Positions 51,901-64,000 of a DNA stretch of 64,000 nucleotides are shown here, piece after piece. The stretch spans positions 209,808,001-209,872,000 of the forward strand of contig OZ024740.1 in assembly GCA_964016885.1 (NCBI GenBank), written 5' to 3'. The position numbers and the translations under genes are program-made. Under the pieces are notes generated by a model. That model saw nothing but the letters and a program-made list of their open reading frames with translations. It did not search any database and was not told the origin of the DNA. This stretch comes from Eledone cirrhosa. Taxonomy: Eukaryota. Within the stretch, counting starts at the first letter, position 1, and each line of letters starts with the position of its first letter.

Positions 51901-54900
51901 TAACAACAATAACTGACATCTCAAAGTAATAATAATAATAATTGTTTCTACTTTTGGCACAAGGCCAGCAATTACCCAGTGCATTACTGGTACTTTATTT
52001 TATCGACCCTGTAAGGATGAAAGGCAAAGTTAACCTTGGCAGGATTTGAACTCAGATCATACAGGGAGGTAACTCTATGCTTCAAAGCATGGCGTCCGAC
52101 CCTCTACCGATACTGCCAATCCACCGCCTTAGTAATAATAATAATAATAATAATAATGGTTTCTGATTTAGGCACAAGGCCAGCAATTTTGGGGGAGGGG
52201 AAAGTTGATTAAATCGACCCCAGTGTGTGACTGCTACTTTATTTTATCAACCATGCAACGATGAAAGACAAAGCTAACCTCGGCAGGATTTGAACTTAGA
52301 ATGTAAAGGGATGTAACTATATGCCACAAAGTGTGTTGTTTGTTGCTCTACCGATACTGCTAGTAATAACAATAATAGTCATATATGTTTTAGAAAAGTA
52401 GTAACTATTAGCAAAATATAACGATGTTTTGGGCAAAATTCAACACCAATTTACTGCATAACTTTGATCTTTGCATTAGATGAAATGAGATTGTTTTAGA
52501 TAAAAATAAGCAAATTTCAGCAGAGTAACAGGCTGTATTTATCTCAAACTTAAATACTACAAAAGAAAAAACAGATTAATGTACTAGTTTGGGCGTTAAA
52601 AATTCAACAATACCATTGCACCATTAGAAGAAAGATTGGTATCCATAAAAACATTCTGAATAACAAATGAAGGAGCCTCTATGAGGTCATTTAACTTGCT
52701 TGAGAGAGCAGCTAATTCTCTCTCAAATCTTGTTACATAGCTCAAACATACACTAGTTTATAGCTGGCCTCCGATGATGAACCTCAGAGGAAGCTTCTTT
52801 TGTGTTTTAATAGTAGGGTATTTAGTCCTATCAGATCACCATTTTGCTGGTGGCAAGAGATGGGATTTGAACTCAGATCACACAGAACCAGGACAGATAT
52901 TGCAAGGCATCCTGTCCTAAGTGCCAATAGATTCATCAATCCATTACCCTGGACTGGGAAAAAGGGAAAGGGAGACCCCTTCAGTCATGAATGACTATGG
53001 GATTTGCACCTAGACAGTTCCCTTTTGAGGCACAAGTCCAGGCAAGGTGTTTTTGTGGAGGATATGCATATTAGTCTCCCCTCTCCACATAACTGATGTT
53101 GTCCAAAGGAAAGGTAAATGGCCAATACAGCTTGGCACCAAAGATGTTGAAATTCATTTCTACAGCTGAGTGAAATAAAGTGATCTAGGAATCAAACTCA
53201 CAACCTTGCGATTGTAAGCCCAATGCTCTAATCTCTAAGCTATGTGCCTTCACTATGACTCTATTTTTACCCCTGAAAGGGTGAAGGGCAAAACTGACCT
53301 TAGCAAGATTTAACTTAGAGAGCTAGAACAAATACTGCATGTTATTTAATCTGATGCTCTAGCAATTATCCACCAGAATTTTAGTAATGAAAAGATAAAG
53401 AAAAAAGCAAAGAAAAAAAAAGAAGGACAAACTAGATAATATAGTCTGAGATAAAACTATATTTGGGTGGCGAATTGGCAGTTATTAGAATATCAGATAG
53501 CATGATTTGCCATATTCTGGCTCTCTAGCAGAGTTGTTAGAGCATTGAATTTATTTGAGCTATCTGCATTCAGAGTTCAAATCCTGCTGAGGTCAACTTT
53601 GTCTTTCATCCTTTCAAGGTCAATAAAAAAAAAGTACCAGTCAAGTATTGGGGCAGATTTTTCCTAATTTCTTTTCTACAGTATCAGTCGTCTCTCTCCT
53701 TCTCTGAAAGAAATTGTCTGTGCTCAGACCTGGAGAGGGGACAGGGTCTACCAAGTTAAAAAATGCCCAACTCACATTGTATGTCACTATGGAACCTCGA
53801 CAACTCCATTAGGAATTACAAGTCTATACGTACATACAAAGTATATCCAAAAAGACAGTGTGGTCAAAAGTGGAAGGTGTTTGTTCAAATATCTGATTGA
53901 TCAGAGCTGACCTGAAGTTTATCAAATTTAACAACTTTGTATCAAGAATTGATCAGTCAATACCCAATAAATATATAAAGATTTTGAAAAAAAAGAAAAG
54001 AGTTTAGATAGAGATATCAGCTTACTAATTTCATCGATGGAATGTTATCAGTAATTATTTATTTCAAATTCCTCCGCAAACTTTAAACTATATCAGATGA
54101 TTGGACTTATGTTGGCATAAGCAAATGTTGACATCACATTGCCAAAACATTTCATGTATATACGTATCTATGTATATGAAAATACATACAAACATGCATA
54201 TAGATATATAAAACGTATTTGAAGGTATTTATCACAAAGTTAATTGTAGTGGGTGAGTAGGAAAATGCTAACTGCTGAGTTAATATGGTTATAAATTATC
54301 CAATTATTTTCTATGAGACAACGACTGCTATAGACCAACAAATAATTGATAAAGAGAAGGCTAACAGTTATTGCATTGAGCCCTACCCAAATTTTAATCA
54401 ATTAAAACTATTTCCTAAATGAAGAGACAAATCATTAGCTATAATAATAATAATTCTAGTTAAGAAAATCAAGGGAGACAACTTTGAAATTAAAATTGAA
54501 TAAAAATTGAATGAAGGCATTTAGTAAGGGAGTGAGTTTGATCTTTGGGAAGTACAGTGGCAACTCTGGACAAGTTTCAGTCTTGTTAGACCTCCCCAGT
54601 GAAATATAAAAAGCCAGAACAAATACTAGTAAACATTTGTCTGCTGCTCTAATGATTCTAATTTAGTAGTTTAAAATAATTGTTTCTACTTTAGGCACAA
54701 GGCCAGCAAATTACCCAGTGCATTACTGGTACTTTATTTTATCGACCCCGTAAGGATGTAAGGCAAAGTCAACCTCGGCGGGATTTGAACTCAGATCGTA
54801 AAGGGACGTAACTATGCTGGAAAGCATGGCGTCCGACCTTCTACCGATACTGCCAATCCAGACATGAGAACATTTCTCAAAGATACTTTTCTGCATGAAG

Positions 54901-57860
54901 ACATATGTAATGAGTCCCAAAATATATATTGAAAATTTTCAGACATTACTACATTAACTATGATAGCCCATATGGAACTATGTTTTTCATGCAGAAGACA
55001 TCCCTGGAAAATTTTCCACGTGGTTATATATAGACATGCATTGACATTTAGAAACTGTAAGGTGGTTGGTATTATAAAGAGCACCCATTGTAGAGACCAT
55101 GTAAAAAAAAGTGTTGTGAGGACTCTTCAGTTATGTCAGGGGCACAACAACCTTTCTAGTGTTGGTGACATGATAAAATACATTTGGTGTATTTTGTAGT
55201 GTTGGAATGTATGTAAGTGAAATGTAGCCCCCAGCCAGTGTGAGAAGTCAGTAGGGAAAACGGATGTTAAATGATAATGATTAGAGTAAAATTAAAGTAA
55301 CTAAATAGAGGCATGGAGAAATTAGCGTAATATATCAACTAACAAGTCCACATATTTCATATTCCATGAAAATACAAAAAAAAAAAGACCTGATAGGCAA
55401 ATGAAAAGTTACATCTGTTCTAAGTTTTACTGAAACACTTAACATGCATACATCCATCATCATCATCATCATCTTTCCATGGTAGTATAAATATGTCTGT
55501 TAAAAGGAATGGACTAAATCTGTAAAAATCTGCTATTAGATTTAGCTATTGTTTTTAACACTTAGTTAGGAGGTGGGGCAGTGCTCAAGACCATTTCCAA
55601 ACCTCCAAGACCAGTAGAAGGTATCCTCAAATTAGAGACATGACTTTAGCATTTACATTACTCTATATTTACTATTGTATTTTTGCAGTAAAGGCTTTAC
55701 CTCACATAATTATTTCACATAATATCAAATCTGAGATTTTGATATTATTTATTTTGAGAACAATACCTTAATGTCAGTTTGAGTAACCAGATACAGTCAG
55801 TTTAAACAGAAAGAGATAGAAAATTCTGGCCGGAAATATCTGGTTTAAATGTGAAAGGGTTAAGCTTGCAACAAATTAGATTCAGCAAATGACACCTAAA
55901 GACTATGTAGAGAAATTAAACTGGGTGATCGATTATGTCTACGCCAGCAAGTAGGTGATGGCAGGATTTGAAGGTAAAGCACCAGAACATATACCACAAC
56001 ACACTCTATCTGAAGCTGTAATGACTCTGCTGCTTCACTTATCTAGACTCGTACTTTATCATTCATCAACACCAGAAGGATAGAAGGATAAAAGGCAGAG
56101 GCAGGACTTGAACAAAATGTAAGGAGCTGAAATAAATATTGCAATCCACTTCATCTGGTACTCTAATACAGTTCACCATATATATATATATATATCCATC
56201 CCAATTCTCTGCCTAAATACCATTTCTCTACCAATATATCAATTCACTGCCTATATCTTGGCCTATACATCAAAACCATGTCTATATTTCAATTGTTTGT
56301 CAATATTACTGACTACATGCAAAAAAAGCACCCAGTCCACACTGTAAAGTGATTGTGTTGGTGTCACAACAAAAAGTGCCTAGCCCACATTGTAAAGTGG
56401 TTGTTTTGATCCCATGATAAAAAGCACCCAGTCCACACTGTAAATGTAGTTGATGGTAGGAAGGGCATCCAGCTTTAGAAACCAAGCCAGAAACAATTTT
56501 GTATGAGTAAAACATAATCATCTGATCTGACTTGTCTGACAATGAAATAACTCCTCTCACACAAACTAGCATGGAAAAATGGACATATGATGATGGTGAT
56601 GGTGGTGGTGTCAATATCACTGCCTATATGTCAATTCATCACCTATATGTCCCTAATTTACTGTCTATGTCAATTTGTTGCCTATATGTCAATTTGTTGA
56701 CTATTTATCAATTCACTGTGTGTATATCAATATCTTTGCCTACATGCCAATTCACAGACTATATGTCAATTCACCTCTTATATGCCAATATCAATGGCTA
56801 TATTACAATTCTTTTATCAATATCACTGTCTATATGCCAATATCAATGGCTATATTACAATTCTTTTATCAATATCACTGTCTATATGCCAATATCAATG
56901 GCTATATTACAATTCTTTTATCAATTCACCTCTTATATGCCAATATCAATGGCTATATTACAATTCTTTTATCAATATCACTGTCTATATGCCAATATCA
57001 ATGGCTATATTACAATTCTTTTATCAATATCACTGTCTATATGCCAATATCAATGGCTATATTACAATTCTTTTATCAATATCACTGTCTATATGCCAAT
57101 ATCAATGGCTATATTACAATTCTTTTATCAATATCACTGTCTATATGCCAATATCAATGGCTATATTACAATTCTTTTATCAATATCACTGTCTATATGC
57201 CAATATCAATGGCTATATTACAATTCTTTTATCAATATCACTGTCTATATGCCAATATCAATGGCTATATTACAATTCTTTTATCAATATCACTGTCTAT
57301 ATGCCAATATCAATGGCTATATTACAATTCTTTTATCAATATCACTCTCTATATGCCAATATCAATGGCTATATTACAATTCTTTTATCAATATCACTCT
57401 CTATATGCCAATATCAATGGCTATATTACAATTCTTTTATCAATATCACTGTCTATATGCCAATATCAATGGCTATATTACAATTCTTTTATCAATATCA
57501 CTGTCTATATGCCAATATCAATGGCTATATTACAATTCTTTTATCAATATCACTGTCTATATGCTAATATCAATGGCTATATTACAATTCTTTTATCAAT
57601 ATCACTCTCTATATGCCAATATCAATGGCTATATTACAATTCTTTTATCAATATCACTCTCTATATGCCAATTATCTACCTACAGTCATTTAGTTATTAC
57701 ACTTTAAAAAAATTTGACAATGAAAAACCTTACCTCAACACCAGAATAATCGTTGAAGACAGGTAAATACTCCTGAAGGCTAAGTATTTCCAACCAAGAT
57801 TGTATATCCAAGTGTTTACCAACCATTACTTTATTTTTATGGCGCCGTTGTAGCACCAAT
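24108..57860 (-). CDS. BCAR3: BCAR3/SH2D3 (NSP family)-like adaptor: SAM - SH2 - Pro/Ser-rich - RasGEF(CDC25)-like; exons 57734..57860, 39018..39135, 37047..37094(?), 34147..35631, 29423..29591, 24108..24611
   Basis: SH2 (DLRSYSWYHGQISRLSAEQLVVTNGDYLVRDS) and NSP-type GEF-like domain (GVLSGLELITLPQGSMLRQDILER; WIQVATELKNTLGNLFSF; IRRLRDTWLILRQDHTGSA; FQVRLLWGKKGS) are recognisable. Splice sites are GT-AG. The phase between the SAM exons and the SH2 exon is unresolved (see findings). Confidence 0.85.
25391..25536. repeat. 40-bp tandem repeat, about 3.6 copies
   Basis: ATCTAGGACCACATACAACACA in units starting at 25391, 25431, 25471 and 25511. Confidence 0.9.
25537..26564 (+). pseudogene. hAT transposase remnant (ZBED/SCAND3-like), frameshifted, N-terminus missing
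   Basis: Motifs HCVIHRQHLAAK (CxxH), LLHTEVRWLSKG (RW), LPFPSSYLVER (catalytic E), RGDL...AQGSH. Confidence 0.88.
28560..28748 (-). mobile_element. RTE-like LINE 3' end
   Basis: Minus translation DSCIKRCRALEVDGNCGVGRPKMTWDEVIKADL...HDRDLWRHAV. Confidence 0.7.
29423..29591 (-). CDS. BCAR3: BCAR3-like exon (GEF-like domain)
   Basis: attgtag acceptor (phase 2, AG+A = Arg); CYSMQLFVATTIL...GIGLKQ; CAG|GTAAGT donor. Confidence 0.92.
30097..30294. mobile_element. piggyBac-type MITE family 2
   Basis: TTAA|CCCTTTAGCA...TAAATGG|TTAA; related copies at about 28035, 40841, 55646 and 63664. Confidence 0.68.
31886..31948. repeat. (AAAAG)n microsatellite
   Basis: Direct observation. Confidence 0.95.
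31960..32980 (-). mobile_element. Decayed RTE-like LINE reverse transcriptase fragment
   Basis: Minus-strand GSALSPLVFIIVL and DADDLVF RT motifs with many stops. Confidence 0.6.
33148..33509. repeat. About 360-bp near-perfect palindrome (fold-back)
   Basis: Arms of about 175 bp around TACAAT-taaatgt-ATTGTA with scattered mismatches and one small indel. Confidence 0.95.
34147..35631 (-). CDS. BCAR3: BCAR3-like large exon (SH2, Pro/Ser-rich linker, start of GEF-like domain)
   Basis: tttcttcag acceptor, AG|GTAAGA donor; open frame extends ORF 34143..35387 upstream to 35630. Confidence 0.92.
37047..37094 (-). CDS. Candidate 48-nt microexon of the BCAR3-like gene (NSWGQFTNIPPPP)
   Basis: Strong acceptor ttttttctatatttacag and donor CC|GTAAGT. 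Its 3' end joins the SH2 exon in phase 2 (PPPPP-SFFSP), but the 5' end is one base out of frame. Confidence 0.55.
39018..39135 (-). CDS. BCAR3: BCAR3-like exon, SAM domain C-half (DLLPLNEADLRDLGVKNCAHRAKLVSSL)
   Basis: tttccag acceptor, G|GTGAAA donor; LxxxDLxxLGVxxxxHRxKL SAM signature. Confidence 0.8.
41133..41626. repeat. 30-bp minisatellite, about 16 copies (TAGTTTACTAGTGGACACTTTGCAGTAAAC)
   Basis: Exact 30-bp periodicity visible line by line. Confidence 0.97.
41682..43745 (-). mobile_element. Nested SINE family A clusters (interrupted by a Helitron)
   Basis: Multiple tandem reverse-complement copies separated by (AAT)n. Confidence 0.75.
42262..42880 (+). mobile_element. Non-autonomous Helitron
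   Basis: 5' A|TCTATATATCTAAAA; 3' GC hairpin CCCGAGCAGCGCCGGG followed by CTAG|T; no TSD; internal microsatellites. Confidence 0.82.
44270..44402. mobile_element. mariner-type MITE (related left end at 31121-31260)
   Basis: CTGAAAAGTT...AACTTTTCAG inverted ends, TA flanks, shared internal sequence with the 31121 copy. Confidence 0.5.
44747..45013. mobile_element. piggyBac-type MITE family 1
   Basis: TTAA|CCCTTTTTG...CAAAAGGG|TTAA. Confidence 0.7.
46080..46200 (+). mobile_element. RTE-like LINE 3' fragment
   Basis: GRGRPK...MRDRDRWRELV. Confidence 0.5.
46459..46711. mobile_element. piggyBac-type MITE family 1 (opposite orientation)
   Basis: TTAA|CCCTTTTG...GAAAGGG|TTAA. Confidence 0.7.
47260..47516. 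repeat. Cryptic (TTG)n tract
   Basis: Degenerate trinucleotide repeat. Confidence 0.9.
48420..48600 (+). mobile_element. LTR-retrotransposon gag zinc-knuckle remnant
   Basis: CRNCG...CP...CFNCGKLDHFSKFC (CX2CX4HX4C). Confidence 0.55.
49000..49290 (-). mobile_element. CR1/L2-like RT fragment
   Basis: ISDVPQGLIMSPILFLV (RT motif B-like). Confidence 0.5.
50645..52365 (-). mobile_element. Nested SINE family A cluster (about 7 copies; full copy 51940-52128)
   Basis: Tandem reverse-complement copies with (AAT)n spacers. Confidence 0.75.
51514..51940 (+). mobile_element. R4/Dong-like non-LTR element 3' end (restriction-like endonuclease)
   Basis: EHNRPNLVVFDK...LIID...EKINWYRDLK*EVKKIW...IVIEALGTI...LQKACQLETAR; (TAA)n tail. 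Confidence 0.7.
54677..54860 (-). mobile_element. SINE family A copy
   Basis: Near-consensus reverse-complement copy. Confidence 0.75.
56779..57673. repeat. 52-bp minisatellite, about 17 copies (TATATGCCAATATCAATGGCTATATTACAATTCTTTTATCAATATCACTGTC)
   Basis: 52-bp periodicity (e.g. 56831, 56883). Confidence 0.97.
57734..57860 (-). CDS. BCAR3: BCAR3-like exon, SAM domain N-half (candidate start ATG at 57826: MVGKHLDIQSWLEILSLQEYLPVFNDYSGVE)
   Basis: tttgcag acceptor, GAG|GTAAGG donor; WLxxLxLxxY SAM motif; phase 0 joins the next SAM exon. Confidence 0.75.
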
Positions 57861-59124
57861 CTGCAAAAAGGAAAAGAAAAAAAGATGTTGAAATTTATTT
57901 CTATTTTATGAAACATTTAAAAAGTGAAACTTACTTTGTATGACATCATCATCATCATCATCTTCGTTTAACGTCCATCTTCCATGCTAGCATGGGTTAG
58001 ACGGTATCAGGTTAAGTCACTTGCCAAGCTAAAGATTTTTTTTTTACAGTTTAGCCAGAGCAGGAAGGGCAATGCTTATGACCTTTTCCAATGACTTTGA
58101 GACTGGTGGGAAATGTAGGAAGAAAGTATCCCCAAATTGAAGTCTATTATTACAGGATGGTAAGAATTAAAATGATATTTTAAAAATTAGTTGACAGTGA
58201 GTCCCTTTTTGGAAGTCTCACCAACCACAATTTATTGAGCTGCTCACTCTGCTAGAAATAATAGCTAAATTATACTCAAATTACACCATACCATAGTGAA
58301 AAGTGAAGGACTTATAAAATAATATAGTCCTATGTCTGAAAACAACAAAGGAATGATTTTGATCATGGAACTAGTTGATCAAGGCTAAACAATAACAAAC
58401 ACAGAGGCCAGAAGAAGGGTTCTGCTTGAATTGTCAGGTATGGTTGTGTGGTTATGAAGTTTGCTTCACAACCAAGTAGTTCCAGTTTTGATACTACTGT
58501 ATGGAACCTTGGGTAAAGTATCTTCTATCATAACCTCAAATTTACTAATACCTTGTGAGTTGAAATTTGTAAATGGAAACTGAGTGGAAGCATATTTGAT
58601 ATATATATATATATATATATGTATATTAATATATATATCATCATTTTTTGTCCATTTTTCCATGCTGGCATGGGTTGGATGGGTTATTTTGAAACCATGC
58701 TTTGCAGCTGGATGCTCTTCTTGACACCAACCCTTTTAGTTCCATCTTATGACATGTAGAGACATGGTGTGCCTATTCTAAAAACTGAGTTACACACAGC
58801 ATATAAAGGGTAATGGGTAAAGACTCCTTTATTTGATCATGGGATTTGCACTGAGAAAGCTCCCCTCCAAGGCACAAGTCCAGGCAAGGAACAGCAGTCA
58901 CCCATACATACCAGTCTCCCCTTTCCATGCCACAGATATTGTCCAAGGGAAAGGCAATGGCCAGTATGGCTTGGCACCAGAGATGTTGCAACTCATTTCT
59001 ACAGCTGAGTGAAATGGAGCAACGTGAAATAAAGTGTTTTGCTCAAGGACACAGTGCATCACCTGGGAATCGAACTCACAACTTTGCGATTGCGAGCTCT
59101 AACCACTAGGTCATGCATCTTCAG

Positions 59125-59155
<31 letters not shown>

Positions 59156-59270
59156 CATCATCGTTTAATGTCTATCTTCCATGCTAGCATGGGTTAAACA
59201 GGTTTGTACCATTTAGAGGAAAGTTGGGTCAGATATCTATATATATATATATATATATCATCATCATCAT

Positions 59271-59751
<481 letters not shown>

Positions 59752-60185
59752 ATTATATAATGTATATGTGTATGTGAGTGAACATGTGTCTGTATGTGTG
59801 TGTGTTTCAACATATGCAACATCAGTGAGAATCTGAAAAACAGGTGCCACTCCCCCTATGCAGTGAAACCTGTAACAAACAACACTATTGCTCAGAAACT
59901 GCAACATAAAATAAATAAATATTTTGTCGCGCCTTCACTAGCAAAGAGGAACACATATATTAACTAACAATGATGGTGGTGGAATATATAATACGCCTCT
60001 TCTTGCAGTACACAAAGTTCTTTTATTTTATTAATTTCACTGCTGCAACACCTGGCTAATGCTTATCAAAGTTTGTAAAATTTACATTTATCTGTGCACC
60101 ATACAGGCCTCATATCAATTTACTTACAATAATCCAACAGGTAGAGGTGGCTATCTTTATTTATTTTATACATACATACACACAC

Positions 60186-60227
<42 letters not shown>

Positions 60228-61127
60228 TATATATATATATTTACTTTCTTATATTACAGATGTGAATAGAAGCTTTATTGGATATTTTATTCTAAACAAA
60301 CTTTCTGTGGTACACTACAATTCAGAGATTCTTAAAAAGATAGACATAACAGGTCAAATAAACACTACTATGCCTACCTTTGATCACTGTACTTTATCAT
60401 TGTTGTTGTCATTGTTCTTATTTAGTTATGACTAAAGGTGTTCCTGCTATGATTATCCCATTTTATTTTCTATTCAGATAAACTGGGTACATCCTGGCTT
60501 ATAGAATAGGTACACTGTATTCATGCATGTTTTATGATGTGGTTACAAGGGTTGGTATCAGGAAGGGCATCTGGCCATAAAACAAACTGTTTCAAAAGTC
60601 CTGTGCGACCCAAACCAACATGGAAAATCATCATCATCATGGTTTTTTGGCATGTGTTTTTTAAAGTTGGATGCCCCTCCTATCACCAACCACTTTGCAA
60701 CATGGACTGGGTACATTTTTATCATGTCACCAACACTAGAGATGTTATCTATGAGGTCTTAAAGAGCCATCTCTTTTCTGTATCAGTTTTTACTCAGAGG
60801 TGACTGCTCTCCAAGACAAGTTGCCTTTCCTGTGACTTGCAGAATTCACATACCTCCCCCCACCTCTGACATAAAAACGATGATAATAAGGATAATAAAG
60901 ATGATAATATAGCATATCTAAAAGTACAGCATCAGTTTCGTGTTTTGGGAGATGTTAGGGTGTGATTTGAGGGAGATTAGGCTGCTATTTCTAATAGGTC
61001 AAGCAAATACATACAGGCTCCCGTCATTATCTTGTGAGTGTGATTAAGTACAGTTGAGCAGATATTTAATGATCTGAAAAAAGCCAGAGAGGAACACAAC
61101 AATTCCTGTTTAGGTATAAACCTCTTA

Positions 61128-61336
61128 CAGTATATACTTGAATATAAGCTGAGGAATATGTGGCCAAAAAATCAATAGTAGAAGGGGGTCGGCTTATATT
61201 TGGGGTCAATATTTTGACAATTTTCACTAACTTCAAATACTATGTAAATAAGGTTTGGATTTTTGCCTATTTCTCAGACATAAAATAGTGGGGTCGGCTT
61301 ATATAATTGTATTGGCATATATTTGAGTATATACAG
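61128..61336. mobile_element. pogo/Tc1-type MITE
   Basis: TA|CAGTATATACTTGAATATA...TATATTTGAGTATATACAG; internal repeated GGGGGTCGGCTTATAT. Confidence 0.6.
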
Positions 61337-63663
61337 TGGGTAAAAGCTTATGTCATCGGCACTGAGGAAAGTTTTTAGGACTTTAGTACAACCCATACTT
61401 GAGAAAATCATTGACATATAATCATCAAATTAGATTCTTATTTTAATCACTTGTTGAATTCCACCTACCAATAGATATTTCAATAAATGCACTATAAAAG
61501 TAAAGCAATATCCCACAAAGTAAGTATAATATAATTAAAAAACAAAATCCATCTCACACACATCTGTATGGTAGTTCAAATATATGTCATCATCATATAC
61601 GTATGTATGTATGTATGTGTGTATGCATGAATGTATCTCTGTGTGTGTATCTGGTTTAGAATAGGTACACCATATTTCTGTTTGTCGTGACTAAAAAGGT
61701 TAGTGTCAAGAAGGGCATCAGATTGTAAAACATTGCCTCAAAAAGTCCCATCAAACTGATGCCAGCATGCAAAAAATGTGTGTTTGTGTGTATATATATG
61801 TATGGACCCGTAACTCCTGATGGAGTTGTAGGAAATGCCATAGTGACATATATGTCTTGGGCATCTTAAACCTGGCAGAGCCCATCTCATCTCCAAGTTT
61901 AAATACAACTATTTCTGCCAGAGAAAGAGGGGAAGTGAAAAAGAGATATATTGGAACAACCTGTCGCAGTATTGGACTGGTACTATTTTTATTCTTCAAA
62001 AGAATGAAAAGCAAAGTTGACCTCAACAGGATTTTAACTCAGAGTGAAGAGTGCCAGACTGAATACATCAAATAATTCTATTATCTGATGTTCTAATGAC
62101 TTTGCTGAATTTCCACCTTCATCATCACATCACACATGCATGGTCCTGTAACTCCTGAGAGAGTCATAGGGATGCCATATTGACATACAGCGTTTCTAGG
62201 GCATTTTGAAACCTGGCAGAGCCCATCTCCTCCCCAGGTCTGAACACAGCAGATTTCTTCCAGGGAAGGATAGAAAGAGTGAGAGAAAGGAAGAGAGAAT
62301 GGAAGCGAGAAAGAGATATAGTGGAAAAATCAACCCCACTACATGACTGGCATTTTTTTTATCGACCTCAAATGGATGAAAGGTAAAGTTCACCTCAGTG
62401 GAATTTGAACTCAGAAGCAGAGTGTTGAAATGAATACTGCAAAGCATTCTATCCAACATTCTAACAACTCTGTTAGTTTGCCACATTATCAGCACACATT
62501 CACACACAGACACACATACACACACACACACACACACATGCATATTCCTATGATTCTCAGCTGTAAATAAAACATAAAAAAACCTTACACTTAACATAAG
62601 GCTGGTATGTATCATGTGTAAAAATAGGTTATATATTTATGTTTTCTTTTGACTGAACTGCAGTCATGCTGGGGCACCACCTTTAATGGTTCTAATTAAT
62701 TAATACTAACCCTAGCATTTTGTTTGGTGTTTATTTCATCAACGTTAAAAAAGGGGGGGGGGGAGGTAGGTAGAGTTGTACTGGGTGAGATTTGGACTCA
62801 GAATGTAAAGGGGCATAACTAAATACCACCCCCATGCCAACACACACAGACATGCACACATGCACCCACATGCATACACTCTCTTACTCAAACGTAACCT
62901 AACAACACTTACACACAAATATATATATGGGGGCAAGTGAGATTTGTTCTGGCTTGTTGAATTCCTATTTTAAATCTCGTCATGATCAACTTAAACTTAA
63001 GGATTGGTCAAATATAGTAGCAGTCAAGAGGGACAGATTAGCAGAATTGTTAGAGCATCAGTGATATTTATATTGACTCTTTGCATTCTGAGTACTTGGA
63101 TGGTAGACTTAATTCCCCTTCCCCGGTTCTTGGGTACCTTCAGCAGAGTTCACCCTACTGCAAGTATTTGGGCCAGGTGTTGGTTTTTTTACTTTTCTTA
63201 GAGATTCTGAAAAATAGAGGGTCATGGATGCTATCCAGCCCTGCCTGATTAAATGGTAAAAACAACAACAGCAACAACACTTATCTAAATCAAAAGAAAT
63301 TTTGATATTAACCCAGCCAAAATTGGTTCTGCTTCTATGAAACAACGCCATCCATTTTAAAGAGTTCTTATTTAAATCAAAGTCTTCCAACATAATTTTA
63401 TATAAGAACCATATATTAAGTTACTACCTTAGTAAGGAAATAATTAATAAGTTTAGCAAACCCCTCAAAATTCATTATTAATTAATTGAAATACTGTCAC
63501 GAAAAGTTCAAAAAGATTCAAATTTTTTTTCTTATTTGATCAGAAGTTAAAAAAAAATCTATCTATTAATTTCATTGAGAAACAGTAGGTATATAAATAA
63601 TAAATCATTTGTTTGTGGCTCAGAAAAATTATCTTATAGTTGTAGTAAACATTCTGTATTTAA

Positions 63664-63861
63664 CCCTTTAGCATTTAAACCGGCCATACCCAGCCAGAAT
63701 TCTCTTGCCTTTTTCTGTTCAAATCAGCCACAACCGGCTACTCATGCTGACGTTAAGGTATTGTTCTCATAGATTCGATATTATGTGAGATAATTATGTG
63801 AGGTAAAGCTTTAACCATGAACATACAATAGTAAATATAGAGTAATGTAAATGTTAAAGGG
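63664..63861. mobile_element. piggyBac-type MITE family 2
   Basis: TTAA|CCCTTTAGCATTTA...TAAATGTTAAAGGG|TTAA. Confidence 0.75.
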
Positions 63862-64000
63862 TTAAACTGAACAGGTAAAAAGACTTATTCAACAGTACAT
63901 TGTTAAGAATGGTGACGAAACCAGTTGTACTTTGAAATACAGACAGCTATTACTGTAGTGTTTTACCCTCTATGTCCTTGAGACTACTTCAGACAGGTGT

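Noticed and set aside
56532-57766. Three long overlapping + strand ORFs
   Set aside because: All derive from the 52-bp tandem repeat, antisense within an intron; no coding signature.

Overview
AT-rich, repeat-dense eukaryotic (metazoan) genomic DNA. The SINE/microsatellite landscape resembles a cephalopod/octopod genome, which is an inference. Two convergent intron-containing genes dominate. On +, a complete 7-exon NELF-B/COBRA1 gene (5560-21580, about 582 aa) is preceded by an intact tRNA-Arg(TCG) gene (4798-4870). On -, a BCAR3/SH2D3 (NSP)-family gene (57860-24108) encodes SH2 and RasGEF-like domains plus an N-terminal SAM domain; its splice phases do not close across a 48-nt microexon. The rest is mobile DNA: a hAT-Buster element with TIRs and 8-bp TSD, a non-autonomous Helitron, piggyBac-, pogo- and mariner-type MITEs, CRE-, R4-, RTE- and CR1/L2-like LINE fragments, two tRNA-derived SINE families, and minisatellites. 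The most notable hidden signals are a structurally complete minimal type I hammerhead ribozyme (3403-3473, -) in a (TA)n-flanked Penelope-like unit, two long intronic fold-backs, a palindrome-based 30-bp minisatellite and a 52-bp higher-order repeat. No prokaryotic-type system (CRISPR etc.) is present.
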